From Candidatus Latescibacterota bacterium (GTDB taxonomy: Bacteria > Krumholzibacteriota > Krumholzibacteriia > WVZY01 > JAKEHA01): a stretch of DNA of 64,000 nucleotides. Within the stretch, counting starts at the first letter, position 1. Each line of letters starts with the position of its first letter. Positions 20,403-29,416 of the stretch are shown here, piece after piece. A model generated the notes under the pieces. That model was not told the origin of the DNA, searched no databases, and saw nothing but the letters and a program-made list of their open reading frames with translations. Made by a program: the position numbers and the translations under genes. Location of the stretch: positions 2,801,489 to 2,865,488 of the forward strand of contig OY970173.1 in NCBI GenBank assembly GCA_963707635.1, given 5' to 3'.

Positions 20403-21203
20403 ATGGATAAGTTCACAGTAGCGATTTTTCCGAACGAAGCCGCGGCCTATCAAGGGACACGCGTTTTCAAGGAACTGGACAAGGAACGCAGCCTGACGCT
20501 CTACGGCATGGCCGTGATCGCCAAGGACATGAATGGGAAAGTGACGATCAAGGAGGCCGCGGACCGGGGACCGCTGGGGACGGCGGTGGGCGGTCTGACG
20601 GGCGGACTGATCGGCCTGCTCGGCGGTCCAGTGGGAGCGGCGGTCGGGCTTGGAAGCGGTGCGCTGCTCGGGAGCCTGGTCGACCTTTCCAACCTCGGCG
20701 TGAGCACGAGCTTCGTGGACACCGTCCTGCAGGAAGTCACACCGGGCAAGGCCGCCGTCGTCGCCGAAATGGAGGAGGAATGGATCACGCCGCTCGACAC
20801 GCGGATGGAGGCCATCGGCGGCGTCGTGGTACGTGAGCCGCGGGCTGATTTCGAGTACCTGCAGTACCAGGAGGAAGTCGTGGCGCTGAAGGATGAGCTC
20901 GCGGAACTCAAGGCCGAATTCGCCCAGTCCAAGGACAAAAACCGCGCGAAGTTGAAAGCGCGGATTGACCAGACAGAGAAGAAGCTCGAGGGCGCCTCTG
21001 CCAGAGCCGAAGCATGGATGGATCGCCGCCGGGAGGAGACGGAAGCGAAGGTCAAGGCGCTGCAGGCCCGTGCCGAAAAGGCAAGTGCCGAGACGAAGGC
21101 AAGAAACCAGAAGCGCGCCGCGGAGATTCGAGCCGAAAGCGAGCGCCGGTCGGCCCTGATGCAGCAAGCATCGACGCTGGTGAAAGAGGCGCTCAGACAT
21201 TAG
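20403..21203 (+). CDS. DUF1269-like membrane protein with coiled-coil C-terminal region
   Basis: N-terminal MDKFTVAIFPNEAAAYQGTRVFKEL...LYGMAVIAKDMNGKV, a Gly-zipper segment (GTAVGGLTGGLIGLLGGPVGAAVGLGSGALLGSL), then a charged Lys/Glu/Ala-rich tail. Confidence 0.55.
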   Translation: MDKFTVAIFPNEAAAYQGTRVFKELDKERSLTLYGMAVIAKDMNGKVTIKEAADRGPLGTAVGGLTGGLIGLLGGPVGAAVGLGSGALLGSLVDLSNLGVSTSFVDTVLQEVTPGKAAVVAEMEEEWITPLDTRMEAIGGVVVREPRADFEYLQYQEEVVALKDELAELKAEFAQSKDKNRAKLKARIDQTEKKLEGASARAEAWMDRRREETEAKVKALQARAEKASAETKARNQKRAAEIRAESERRSALMQQASTLVKEALRH

Positions 21204-21306
21204 CCGCGCGCTCGCGGTCCTGACCGGTGTCAGGTCGCTGGTCGCACAAAGGATCGGGGCCGTTCATGGGAACGGCCCCGCATCCGACGAGAAACGGGGG
21301 TCAGTC

Positions 21307-22014
21307 ATGTTTCCGCTGCGGGACGATATTCCATCGCGCCGCCGACCGGTGGTCGTCTGGGCGCTCGTCCTTCTGAACGCCATCGTCTTCCTGTACGAGA
21401 TGCAGCTCTCCGAGGTCGAGCTAACGCAGTTCATCGAACGGTTCGCACTGACGCCGGCGGCGCTGACGGCTCCAAGCGGACTGCTCCACCACTGGACGAC
21501 GCTCTTCACTCACATGTTTCTGCATGGTGGCTGGCTTCACGTCATCGGCAACCTATGGTACCTGTGGATCTTCGGCGACAACGTCCTGGATCGCTTTGGC
21601 AGCGGGCGATTCCTGCTGCTCTATGTTGCGGGTGGGCTCGTGGCGGCTACGCTCCAGGTTTGTCTCAATCCCCAGATGCAGGCGCCGATGGTGGGCGCAA
21701 GCGGTGCGATTGCCGCCGTACTGGGTGCGTACCTCGTGCTCTATCCCAGGGCGCGCGTGATCACTTTCATTCCGATCTTTGTGTTCATCAAGCGGGTGAG
21801 TGTCCCGGCCGTCGTCTGGCTCGGGCTCTGGTTTGTAGAACAGTATCTCCTCGGAACGGGGTCTCGCTCCGATGCGACTGAAAGCGGAGGCGTCGCCTAC
21901 TGGGCGCACGTCGGTGGTTTTCTCTTCGGGATCCTGGCCGGAATCTGGACGCGCGCGCGGGAAGCTGCGGGGAGAGGGCCGGCGCACGGTATCCGGCCCG
22001 CCTTGATGTCGTGA
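21307..22014 (+). CDS. Rhomboid family intramembrane serine protease
   Basis: Catalytic Ser in GASGAIAAVLGAY and His in AHVGGFLFG, within multiple TM helices. Confidence 0.8.
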   Translation: MFPLRDDIPSRRRPVVVWALVLLNAIVFLYEMQLSEVELTQFIERFALTPAALTAPSGLLHHWTTLFTHMFLHGGWLHVIGNLWYLWIFGDNVLDRFGSGRFLLLYVAGGLVAATLQVCLNPQMQAPMVGASGAIAAVLGAYLVLYPRARVITFIPIFVFIKRVSVPAVVWLGLWFVEQYLLGTGSRSDATESGGVAYWAHVGGFLFGILAGIWTRAREAAGRGPAHGIRPALMS

Positions 22015-22108
22015 TCGTCGTCGGCGTTACGCCATAAATGTCGAAGGAAGAACAATCGTCGCCAGCCGGCGGAACCGTCGTCCGGCGACACAACCTGGGA
22101 GGTAGATC

Positions 22109-22825
22109 ATGGTGGAGATGCTGGCGCGCAACTGGGGATGGGTGCTGATGCGCGGGATCGCGGCGATACTGTTCGGCATGCTCACGCTCTGCAATCCGGG
22201 AATCGCACTGACGACGCTCGTCATGCTCTTTGGCGCCTACGCGCTCCTCGACGGCGTCTTTATAGCGGTGTCGGCGGTCGCGAACCGGAAGGGCCAGTCG
22301 CGCTGGGTGGCACTGCTGGTGGGCGGGATCCTGGGGATCGCGGTCGGCATCCAGACCTTCCTGATACCGAGCCTCACGGCGGCCGCTTTGGTAGCATTCA
22401 TCGCGATCTGGTCAATCATCATCGGCATCACCGAGATCGTGGCGGCAATCACGCTGCGCAAGGTGCTCTCGGGCGAATGGATGCTTATGCTCGCCGGCCT
22501 GGCGTCGGCCGCCTTCGGCGTATTCCTCATCGCGCGTCCGTCGCTGGGGGCCCTGGCAGTGGTGCTTTGGATCGGCGCCTCGGCGATGGTATCGGGGATC
22601 CTGCTTATCGCGCTGGCCTTCCGACTGCGCAGCTGGGGCCGCAGTCCGGCCATCGCGGCACTCACCGCGCGCGCAGCAGCGTGGCGTGCCGGCGTAGTGT
22701 ACAAACTCGCGAGCCCGCGGCCGCCACGGAGCGGCCGCGTCGCTTCCAGGCCGCGTGTGACGGCATTTCGCCGGCGGCCGCGAGGTTCATCGAGAGTCCC
22801 TCAGCACACGAAGGAGACTCATTGA
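22109..22825 (+). CDS. HdeD / DUF308-like membrane protein
   Basis: Repeated small-residue TM helices (GIAAILFGMLTL, LFGAYALLDGVFI, ...). The Arg-rich C-terminal ~60 aa look non-native; the stop may be displaced. Confidence 0.55.
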   Translation: MVEMLARNWGWVLMRGIAAILFGMLTLCNPGIALTTLVMLFGAYALLDGVFIAVSAVANRKGQSRWVALLVGGILGIAVGIQTFLIPSLTAAALVAFIAIWSIIIGITEIVAAITLRKVLSGEWMLMLAGLASAAFGVFLIARPSLGALAVVLWIGASAMVSGILLIALAFRLRSWGRSPAIAALTARAAAWRAGVVYKLASPRPPRSGRVASRPRVTAFRRRPRGSSRVPQHTKETH

Positions 22826-22847
22826 GTAGCTCAAAGGAGGAACAATC

Positions 22848-23345
22848 ATGTACGGATTCAAAGCGTTCGTGTTCAATGGCAAGAAGACGGCCAGCAAGGC
22901 TTACGATACTCTCGAAGAGCACATGCCGGTCTACCCGTGGATTGATGACGCCGCCGTGGTGTCGAAGAACAAGCTCGGCTTCACCCGGGTTTACAGCACC
23001 TGGGCGCAGGACGACACCGCGGTCGGCGTCGGAACCGGTCTCGGCGTAGTGACCGGTGCCCTGCTCGGAGCCATTCTGGGGCCCGGCGTCGCTGCGGCGG
23101 GAGCCGCGGTGGGTGGTTCAGTGGGCGCCGTGTCCGGCGCGGTCGGCGAAAGCGTCCTCAGCGACCCGCGCTTGGACGACTTTGCGGCGTCGCTCGCGAA
23201 GGACACCTCGGCGTTGATTCTGGTCGGCGAGAGAGCCTCGATCCTCGACTTCACCTCGGCGGTCGCGCCCTACGGTGGAAAGATCATCGAGACCAACCTC
23301 GACGAGAAGGACGTCAAGGCCCTGAGGAAGTCTCTCAAGAAGTAG
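22848..23345 (+). CDS. DUF1269-like membrane protein, second paralogue
   Basis: Same N-terminal pattern as 20403..21203 (MYGFKAFVFNGKKTASKAYDTLEEH...) plus a Gly/Ala zipper segment. Confidence 0.55.
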   Translation: MYGFKAFVFNGKKTASKAYDTLEEHMPVYPWIDDAAVVSKNKLGFTRVYSTWAQDDTAVGVGTGLGVVTGALLGAILGPGVAAAGAAVGGSVGAVSGAVGESVLSDPRLDDFAASLAKDTSALILVGERASILDFTSAVAPYGGKIIETNLDEKDVKALRKSLKK

Positions 23346-23488
23346 GGAGCCGTCGATCCCGATGCCCGGCGGGAGCGATCTGGGGGCGACGCGCCAACAC
23401 AAGGTTGGCCCGTCGCCCCTCTTTTTTCGCGTCGGCGCGGCCCATTTAGGACGCAGAGCGCTTCATCATGAGCAGCGATGCCACAAAG

Positions 23489-23533
23489 GGTTGGTGGAGG
23501 CGGCGGCGAGCGAAGCGAAGCTCAGAGCCGACC
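23489..23533 (-). repeat. Class II ssrA-3'-end-like 45-bp repeat, copy B2 (identical to 28973..29017)
   Basis: ggttggtggaggcggcggcgagcgaagcgaagctcagagccgacc read identically at both loci; the minus-sense 3' end ...CGCCGCCUCCACCA matches the ssrA acceptor end. Confidence 0.7.
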
Positions 23534-23563
23534 TCTGGCTTGTGTTCTACACAAACAGAGTTT

Positions 23564-23737
23564 GGTGGAGGAGGCGGGAATCGAACTCTGTCGATGGAGA
23601 AACTCTAACACGTTGATGGCGTGTGGTTTCGGATGCTACGAGTTGAAACATCGCCAGTTAGGTGACCGCTGCTTCTCCACTCCAGTCCTCTGCAGTCTTC
23701 TGGAATCGACCCACGTCATGGAGACATTTTGGAGACG
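23564..23737 (-). repeat. Class I ssrA-3'-end-derived repeat element, copy B (~175 bp)
   Basis: Core tggtggaggaggcgggaatcgaac has one mismatch to the ssrA 3' end; arm conserved with copies A and C up to ggagacattttggagacg; preceded by the small inverted repeat tgtgttctacacaaacagag. Confidence 0.7.
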
Positions 23738-23760
23738 CCACGCAGCGTTCGCTCGGGACG

Positions 23761-25245
23761 TTAGTGCTGCGTGGGCAGATCTGAGGAATGTAGCAGCTCC
23801 ACAACCAGCCGCTGCTCCTCGTTGCCTCCCTCGTCGTGCCACCGAACGCGCGTGATCTGGATGGACCGGTTCGTGATCCACAGCGGATCGGACACGGCCC
23901 ATTCGGAGCCATCGAGTAGGCACCACGAATCACCCGTCGCGGCGTCCGCAATCCACAGGTCGGCCGCAATGGTGTCGCCCACGTGGTGCAGCCGTGTCGG
24001 ACGCGAGAATGCAATCCACCGCCCATCCCGGCTCCAGGAGAATTCATGCGACGCGCCCACCTTCAGACTGTCGATAACCGTTACTCGGGCATCGGGAACG
24101 GTGACAGTGTAGAGAAGGGCTCCGCTCCACTTGCGGGAGATGCCGCTTACTGCGATGGTGCGTGAGTCCGGCGACCACTTCGATTCAGTCCCGTCGGTGA
24201 GGTCGCCTTCCATGACGATCTTGGACGCCGTCACGTCGACCACCGTCAATTGATAGGGATTCAGATGCGATTTCCAGACCACGCAGCTAAGGCAGCGGCC
24301 GTCCGGCGACCATTGAGGCAAGGACGCCGGCGTCTCTAGCAAACGGCGCGATTCTCCAGTCGCGACATCGACGATCTCCACGTAACCCCTGCGCGAAACA
24401 ATCACGACGCGTGCAACCAGAGAGTCCGGCCCAGGCACGTAGTTTCGGTCCGACGACGACCGGAGATAATCCGTTTTTGTTTCGAAGGGGACGTCGTCAG
24501 CCCACGGCTCTCGCAAAGCCACGACTTTCCACGGATTCACGGACGCGTGATTGCGGACTGCGCTGCACTTGACGGCAGTCAGGAGCAGACTTTCGTCGCC
24601 CGGCGCAAACTCTCCAACGGCGACATCGTCCAATCCGAAGCTCGCCCCGTTCTTCCCCACGACGCGGAAGCCAAACTGAACCTTCTTGCCGGCCCACGCC
24701 GACAGATCGACAAAACGTTCGCGGTAGATGAATGGATCCGCCGGTGACTCATTGCCAGTGATCGACCAGAGAGACGTCCAGCCTGTCGTACCCGCTTCAC
24801 GAATGTTGAGCGATCCATCGAGCACACTCGACCACTGCGTATTCCCGGACCAGGAAAACTTGATTGCCTTGTCGGTCGCTCCGAGCGCCACCACCGGCGT
24901 GATCAGCCACTCGTCGATAGCTCTCGGTGACTCGCTTCCGACATACGCCGCCGCGCTCCCGGTTCCAATGTTGTCGGGATCGGTGGTTCGGTGCCAGGCG
25001 TGCGGCAGAGGCAGGCCTGCGCTCTTCGTGCTCCAGCCCGGCGGCGGAAAGGTTGCGCCCTCGAATCCCTCCGCCAGTGTGGCTGGCGGTACACGTCCCG
25101 CCGGTACCGCCGACTGGGATCGTTGGGAAGCAGCCAACGGCGTGCATTCTGGTACTCCGTGGGCGTTGCCGACGATGAACGTGGGAACGCTGAGGAGAAG
25201 CCCGGCAATAAACGCCTTCATAAGGAGTGTCATGGGTCGCTTCAT
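23761..25245 (-). CDS. Secreted PD40 / TolB-like beta-propeller repeat protein
   Basis: Signal peptide (MKRPMTLLMKAFIAGLLLSVPTFIVGNAHG); repeated WSPDGR / WSPDSR / WSRDGR motifs. Start uncertain (ATG at 25296, 25245 or 25233). Confidence 0.6.
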   Translation of the reverse strand: MKRPMTLLMKAFIAGLLLSVPTFIVGNAHGVPECTPLAASQRSQSAVPAGRVPPATLAEGFEGATFPPPGWSTKSAGLPLPHAWHRTTDPDNIGTGSAAAYVGSESPRAIDEWLITPVVALGATDKAIKFSWSGNTQWSSVLDGSLNIREAGTTGWTSLWSITGNESPADPFIYRERFVDLSAWAGKKVQFGFRVVGKNGASFGLDDVAVGEFAPGDESLLLTAVKCSAVRNHASVNPWKVVALREPWADDVPFETKTDYLRSSSDRNYVPGPDSLVARVVIVSRRGYVEIVDVATGESRRLLETPASLPQWSPDGRCLSCVVWKSHLNPYQLTVVDVTASKIVMEGDLTDGTESKWSPDSRTIAVSGISRKWSGALLYTVTVPDARVTVIDSLKVGASHEFSWSRDGRWIAFSRPTRLHHVGDTIAADLWIADAATGDSWCLLDGSEWAVSDPLWITNRSIQITRVRWHDEGGNEEQRLVVELLHSSDLPTQH

Positions 25246-25544
25246 TGGATCATCGTGCGAGTGCGACAGGTCGCTGCATAACCTTCGCCATTTCACGACC
25301 AGAAGGGACCGCTGAAAGGTGCTGCAGAGGTGCGTTCAATGCAGAGTGTCCGCGGAGTAGTTAGCTAACGCGGCGATGCCACCCAAGCGACGACTAGATA
25401 CGAAGCGGCGGGAACTGCGGAAACGCGGATTTCGTCATGGAAACGGCGAGCGGCATAAGTTGTTCACGCTTCAGCGGTTGGTTACAATGGCACGCAAGTC
25501 GCGCTTCGCGCGAGCACTCATAACTCTATACGAATACACAAGAA

Positions 25545-25719
25545 ATGGTGGAGGCGGCGGGAATCGAACCCTGTTGCGAACGAAACATTAACCTGATGAT
25601 GGCGTGCGATTTCGGTTGTTGTGAGTTGAGAGATCGCAGGTTAGTTGACCGCCGCTTGTCCACTTCAGTCCTCTTGAGTCTACCGGACTCAACCCACGTC
25701 ATGGAGACATTTTGGAGAC
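25545..25719 (-). repeat. Class I ssrA-3'-end-derived repeat element, copy C (~175 bp)
   Basis: Core tggtggaggcggcgggaatcgaac identical to the ssrA 3' end; arm conserved with copies A and B; lies in the divergent region between the PD40 gene and the M36-like protease gene. Confidence 0.7.
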
Positions 25720-25914
25720 GGGTTTGACCTTCGCCCTTGTGCGGAGTTACTTTTATGGTGAATTGCCAGTCGGTTCTCGCCCGTCTCCGGGCAAAGATGT
25801 GGGCTTGAAAGTGTCCACCGTTCGGATTACGCTGCCTGCATTCCGGCCCGGTGATTTCATTCCGGAGACCTCCTTTCTTGCGGTTAACTCCAGGCGGCCA
25901 TCGGCCCAAGGAGC

Positions 25915-28836
25915 GTGACGCGCTTGCCAACTCCGCGCGATTTCATCCTGCACCGCAGTTTCTTCGCCATGCTCGTACTGGCGGTCCCGCTCTTCCCGGC
26001 GCTGCTCTCCGCGGCAGAGAACGCGACCTCGACGGCCGTTCCTGCTCCGGCCGCGCCCGTGCGCCATGCGCCGTCGATTGATCGCAACGCCATCCAGGCC
26101 GCCGTTCAGGAATTCCAGTCTTCCCAGTCACCCCGCTGGACGGTGTCGTGGGACCCGGTGAGCGGTCTCCCTCGAATGCTGACTGGCCAGACCACGCGCT
26201 CCTACGGGGCCACATCGGAAGCCGCCGCGCTGGCATTCGCTGGCGAGCATCGGATGCTTCTGGGCTTGATCGATGAGAAACACTCGGTGCGCCTGGTTGG
26301 AACGAAACTCATGCGCACCCAATGGCGCGTAACGCTGCAACAACAATTCGCCGGGATCGACGTCCTCGATGGGACGATTCAGGTGGTCGTGGACGGGAAA
26401 GGCCGCGTCCTATATGTGACAAACTCGGCGTGGCCGGTTTCCGCCGTCGATTTCTCGATCGATGTCGGTGAGAGCGCCGTACGCTCCTCGATCGCCCGGC
26501 GGTTCAGTGGCGAAGACGTCACCTACAATGACGGACCCCGCCGCGTGATCTACCCATCCGGGAATGGGCGGCTCGCGTATGTGGCGTACGTGCTCGCCGG
26601 CCCGCAGGGGCCGTGGCGCGTCCTCGTCGATGCGCGGACGGGCGGCATCCTGGAAGCGCGGCGGTTGGTGGTCGAGGAGAAGCAGGCCCCATCGCAGGAT
26701 GCCGCGACGCAGCAGAATCCGTCGCGCCCCGCGGACGTCGCCGACGTCAATGATCCGTGTGCCCGCGAGTGGAACGAGATGGGGGGAGCCGCGGTGATCG
26801 AGGTCCCGGATCCTGCAGACCCGTACTATGTCGACGTAAAGGTTGGCGTGCCCGGTCTCGGCGAGTTTCAACCGCAGGGGATCGGGACGTCCGCTGCGGG
26901 GATCAAACTCTTTCCGTGCATTTATTACACAATCCAGGTCGACTACAACGTGCACACCTGGGGTGGCTGGAATACTCCCAACGGCTTCCGTGATGTCTTC
27001 TTCGTCAACGTCAACAACATGAACTGGTACTGGAATCTCGGGCTCATTCCGCAGGCGCAGCTGTTCTGTACGACCGCCTACAACGACATGGGACTGATTC
27101 TCCCCGGCAAGGCCTGGGTCGCCGGCGGGAATCGATGCGGCGACGGCCTCTTGTGCGATCTGGTGGGATCGTTCCAGTTCGACATCATCGAACCGAACAA
27201 CACCAAAGAGCTCTATCTCTCGGTTGGGATGCAGCGGGTCTCAGTTTCGTGTCCGTCATGGGGGACCATCCGGGTCAAGATCATCGCGAAGTCCCGTGTC
27301 TTCGACCCCAACCCGGTGACCACGCTGAACCAGCCCTTCACGGACCAGGATGACGCCAACGAAGCCGTTCCCTGCGACGCGTACATCGGCGTCGACCTTC
27401 CGAATCTTACCCCGCCGCCGCCCGGGCAACCCTGGACTCTCACGGGCGACTATTGCGAGATCGTGGACATCACGGCCCCTGCCAAAACGTACACCTCGGC
27501 GCGCGACCCGAATTTCCCCTATCTGCGCCGGTGCGACATGTTCGAAGCGGTGAATGCCTACTACCACATCACGACCAACCAGCTCTACATCCAGTCTCTC
27601 GGTTTTACCGGCCTTTCCGGCATCAACAACCGCGCGCATCGCGTGGACCCGCATGGGATGGATCACGTGGACAACTCGCAATACGTCGGTAATCCCCCGG
27701 GACTTGGCTACATCGAGTTCGGCGAGGCCTTTGTCGACGACGCCGAAGACGCCGACGTGATCCTCCACGAGTACGGCCACTCGATTCAGGACAACCAGAC
27801 ATTCGGCTATTACCTCGGGACTGGCGCAGGCAACGGCTTCGGCAACGAGACGTGGGCGATGGGCGAGGGGTTCGCCGACTACTGGGCGTGCAGCAACTTT
27901 GCCGACGAGAGTACCGCGAGCGGCTTCGACCCCGCCGCGTACGGCGAGTGGAACAAACAGAACATGACCGGGACCCGCAGGGTCGACAAGAACAAGATCT
28001 ATCCGACGAATATGGAAAGCGAAGAACACGCCGACGGAGAGATCTGGTCGCGCACGCTGTGGGACCTCTTTCAGGCAGTCGGGAAGACGACCTCTGACGT
28101 GCTCATACTGGAGAGTCACTATCTCGTTCCTTCACGTCCATTGTTCAGCGACGGCGCCAAGGCGTTGATTGCAGCGGACGCAGTTGCCAACGCGGGCGCC
28201 AACAAGAATACGATTGTCGCCATCTACGTCGATCGCGGCATCTTCCGTAGTCTCGCCGTTGCATCGTCGCCCATCAACGGCGTGCCGATCACCGTGTCGA
28301 GGCAGGACGTACGTGGCGATCAAAGTGATGCCACCGACTTCAACCGGACGTATGCGTGGGGGGACTCGGTATCGCTCGACGCACCGCCCTCGTTTGGCGA
28401 CCGTACTTTCACGCGCTGGGATGTGGACGGCGTCGCGGGTGCGAACGGCGACTTGACCGCCGTCGTGCGCATGGACGAATCGCCACCATTTCACTCGGCC
28501 ATCGCTTACTACGATACTCTCCCTGGCGACCCCGGCACGCCCGTCCGTGACATCCCGAAAGCCCTGGCGCTGCTTCAGAATCACCCGAACCCGTTCAACC
28601 CGACGACGACGATCACGTTCACGTTGCCGAGGGAGATGGAGATCGAGCTTTCGGTGTTCGACGTGGCGGGCCGGCGGGTGGCCACACTCCGGAGCGGACG
28701 CGAACGGGCAGGCGTCTATGCCGTGGTGTGGGATGGACGGAGCGCGGCCGGTGAGACGGTGAGCTCGGGCGTGTACATCTACCGGTTGCGAGCGGGCCAA
28801 ACGGTTCTGACGAGGAAGATGACACTACTCAAGTAG
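25915..28836 (+). CDS. Secreted zinc metalloprotease, fungalysin/thermolysin-like (M36/M4-like), with T9SS-type C-terminal sorting domain
   Basis: HExxH site VILHEYGHSIQ with a downstream Glu motif GEGFADYWA, resembling fungalysin HEYTHG...EGWSD. C-terminus LLQNHPNPFNPTTTITF...VFDVAGRRVATL...WDGRSAAGETVSSGVYIYRL...RKMTLLK. GTG start at 25915 (ATG alternative 25969). Confidence 0.65.
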   Translation: MTRLPTPRDFILHRSFFAMLVLAVPLFPALLSAAENATSTAVPAPAAPVRHAPSIDRNAIQAAVQEFQSSQSPRWTVSWDPVSGLPRMLTGQTTRSYGATSEAAALAFAGEHRMLLGLIDEKHSVRLVGTKLMRTQWRVTLQQQFAGIDVLDGTIQVVVDGKGRVLYVTNSAWPVSAVDFSIDVGESAVRSSIARRFSGEDVTYNDGPRRVIYPSGNGRLAYVAYVLAGPQGPWRVLVDARTGGILEARRLVVEEKQAPSQDAATQQNPSRPADVADVNDPCAREWNEMGGAAVIEVPDPADPYYVDVKVGVPGLGEFQPQGIGTSAAGIKLFPCIYYTIQVDYNVHTWGGWNTPNGFRDVFFVNVNNMNWYWNLGLIPQAQLFCTTAYNDMGLILPGKAWVAGGNRCGDGLLCDLVGSFQFDIIEPNNTKELYLSVGMQRVSVSCPSWGTIRVKIIAKSRVFDPNPVTTLNQPFTDQDDANEAVPCDAYIGVDLPNLTPPPPGQPWTLTGDYCEIVDITAPAKTYTSARDPNFPYLRRCDMFEAVNAYYHITTNQLYIQSLGFTGLSGINNRAHRVDPHGMDHVDNSQYVGNPPGLGYIEFGEAFVDDAEDADVILHEYGHSIQDNQTFGYYLGTGAGNGFGNETWAMGEGFADYWACSNFADESTASGFDPAAYGEWNKQNMTGTRRVDKNKIYPTNMESEEHADGEIWSRTLWDLFQAVGKTTSDVLILESHYLVPSRPLFSDGAKALIAADAVANAGANKNTIVAIYVDRGIFRSLAVASSPINGVPITVSRQDVRGDQSDATDFNRTYAWGDSVSLDAPPSFGDRTFTRWDVDGVAGANGDLTAVVRMDESPPFHSAIAYYDTLPGDPGTPVRDIPKALALLQNHPNPFNPTTTITFTLPREMEIELSVFDVAGRRVATLRSGRERAGVYAVVWDGRSAAGETVSSGVYIYRLRAGQTVLTRKMTLLK

Positions 28837-28900
28837 TCCGCGTCTGATCGAAGCGGCGCACAGAGCCAACGCATGGTCCTCGTTCGACGAGAACAGGGTT

Positions 28901-28936
28901 TGGCGGAGGCAGCGGCTGGCGCGGAACGCGCTGCTC
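28901..28936 (-). repeat. Degenerate tRNA-3'-end-like fragment (E3) next to ssrA
   Basis: Minus-sense GAGCAGCGCGUUCCGCGCCAGCCGCUGCCUCCGCCA: T-arm-like hairpin plus a CCUCCGCCA end resembling the ssrA acceptor end. Confidence 0.3.
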
Positions 28937-28972
28937 AAAGCCCACCTCAGGTTTGTGTCTTACACAAACAGA

Positions 28973-29017
28973 GGTTGGTGGAGGCGGCGGCGAGCGAAGC
29001 GAAGCTCAGAGCCGACC
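28973..29017 (-). repeat. Class II ssrA-3'-end-like 45-bp repeat, copy E2 (identical to 23489..23533)
   Basis: Same 45-mer as B2; lies 28 bp from the ssrA 3' end; preceded by the inverted repeat tttgtgtcttacacaaacagag. Confidence 0.7.
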
Positions 29018-29044
29018 GGAGGCTTACTGTTAGTAAGCATGGGT

Positions 29045-29416
29045 TGGTGGAGGCGGCGGGAATCGAACCCGCGTCCGAAGAAGCAGCCGCAACGGTTACT
29101 ACGTGTGTAGTCCGTGGTGATTTCTCATCTCCGTACCCACCGCGGACGAAAGTGTAACGGAGACCAGCCCGGTAGTTTCTCGCGCCTCAGCCCCAGACAT
29201 AGCCTCGGCGCCAGCCCCCAGAGTATGACGCCCACTCACCGGCCCTGGAGACCCAGCCGGTGGGGACGGGAGCCTAAGCTAGCTTAGCTAGTTAGGCAGC
29301 CAGTGCGACGTTGTTGTCAGCACTTGAATTGGTGCCACCTGGTTTTACGAGGCTTGTGACCTGGCTCGACACGCAACCGGTACGCCCATCTTCCCCGTCG
29401 AGACCTGTTCGCCCCC
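29045..29416 (-). ncRNA. ssrA: tmRNA (transfer-messenger RNA, SsrA), standard one-piece form
   Basis: Minus-sense 5' end GGGGGCGAACAGGUCUCGACGGGG resembles the tmRNA 5' consensus. 3' end GCGGGUUCGAUUCCCGCCGCCUCCACCA is a perfect T-arm, 7-bp acceptor stem pairing with the 5' end (G3:U70, discriminator A) and encoded CCA. Internal tag reading frame ...GCU GAC AAC AAC GUC GCA CUG GCU GCC UAA encodes ...ADNNVALAA-stop. Confidence 0.9.

Noticed and set aside
22640-22825. Possible frameshift or displaced stop at the 3' end of the HdeD-like gene (Arg-rich 60-aa tail)
   Set aside because: No alternative frame with a convincing native C-terminus could be identified by eye, so it is left as an observation rather than called as a sixth frame disruption.
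12932-25719. Possibility that the 175-bp class I elements are intact tRNA or tmRNA genes
   Set aside because: Only the T-loop, 3' acceptor strand and CCA are present. In copies A, B and C the T-stem 5' strand does not pair, no 5' acceptor strand complementary to CGCCUCC is found within 200 nt, and no tag reading frame ending in ...LAA-stop is present. Only the locus at 29045..29416 has the full tmRNA architecture.
12754-29157. Short ORFs starting MVEAAGIE... or containing ...VEEAGIE... (12754..12969, 23478..23855, 25545..25727, 28873..29157)
   Set aside because: They are plus-strand translations of the ssrA-derived repeat core (tggtggaggcggcgggaatcgaac), not protein genes.
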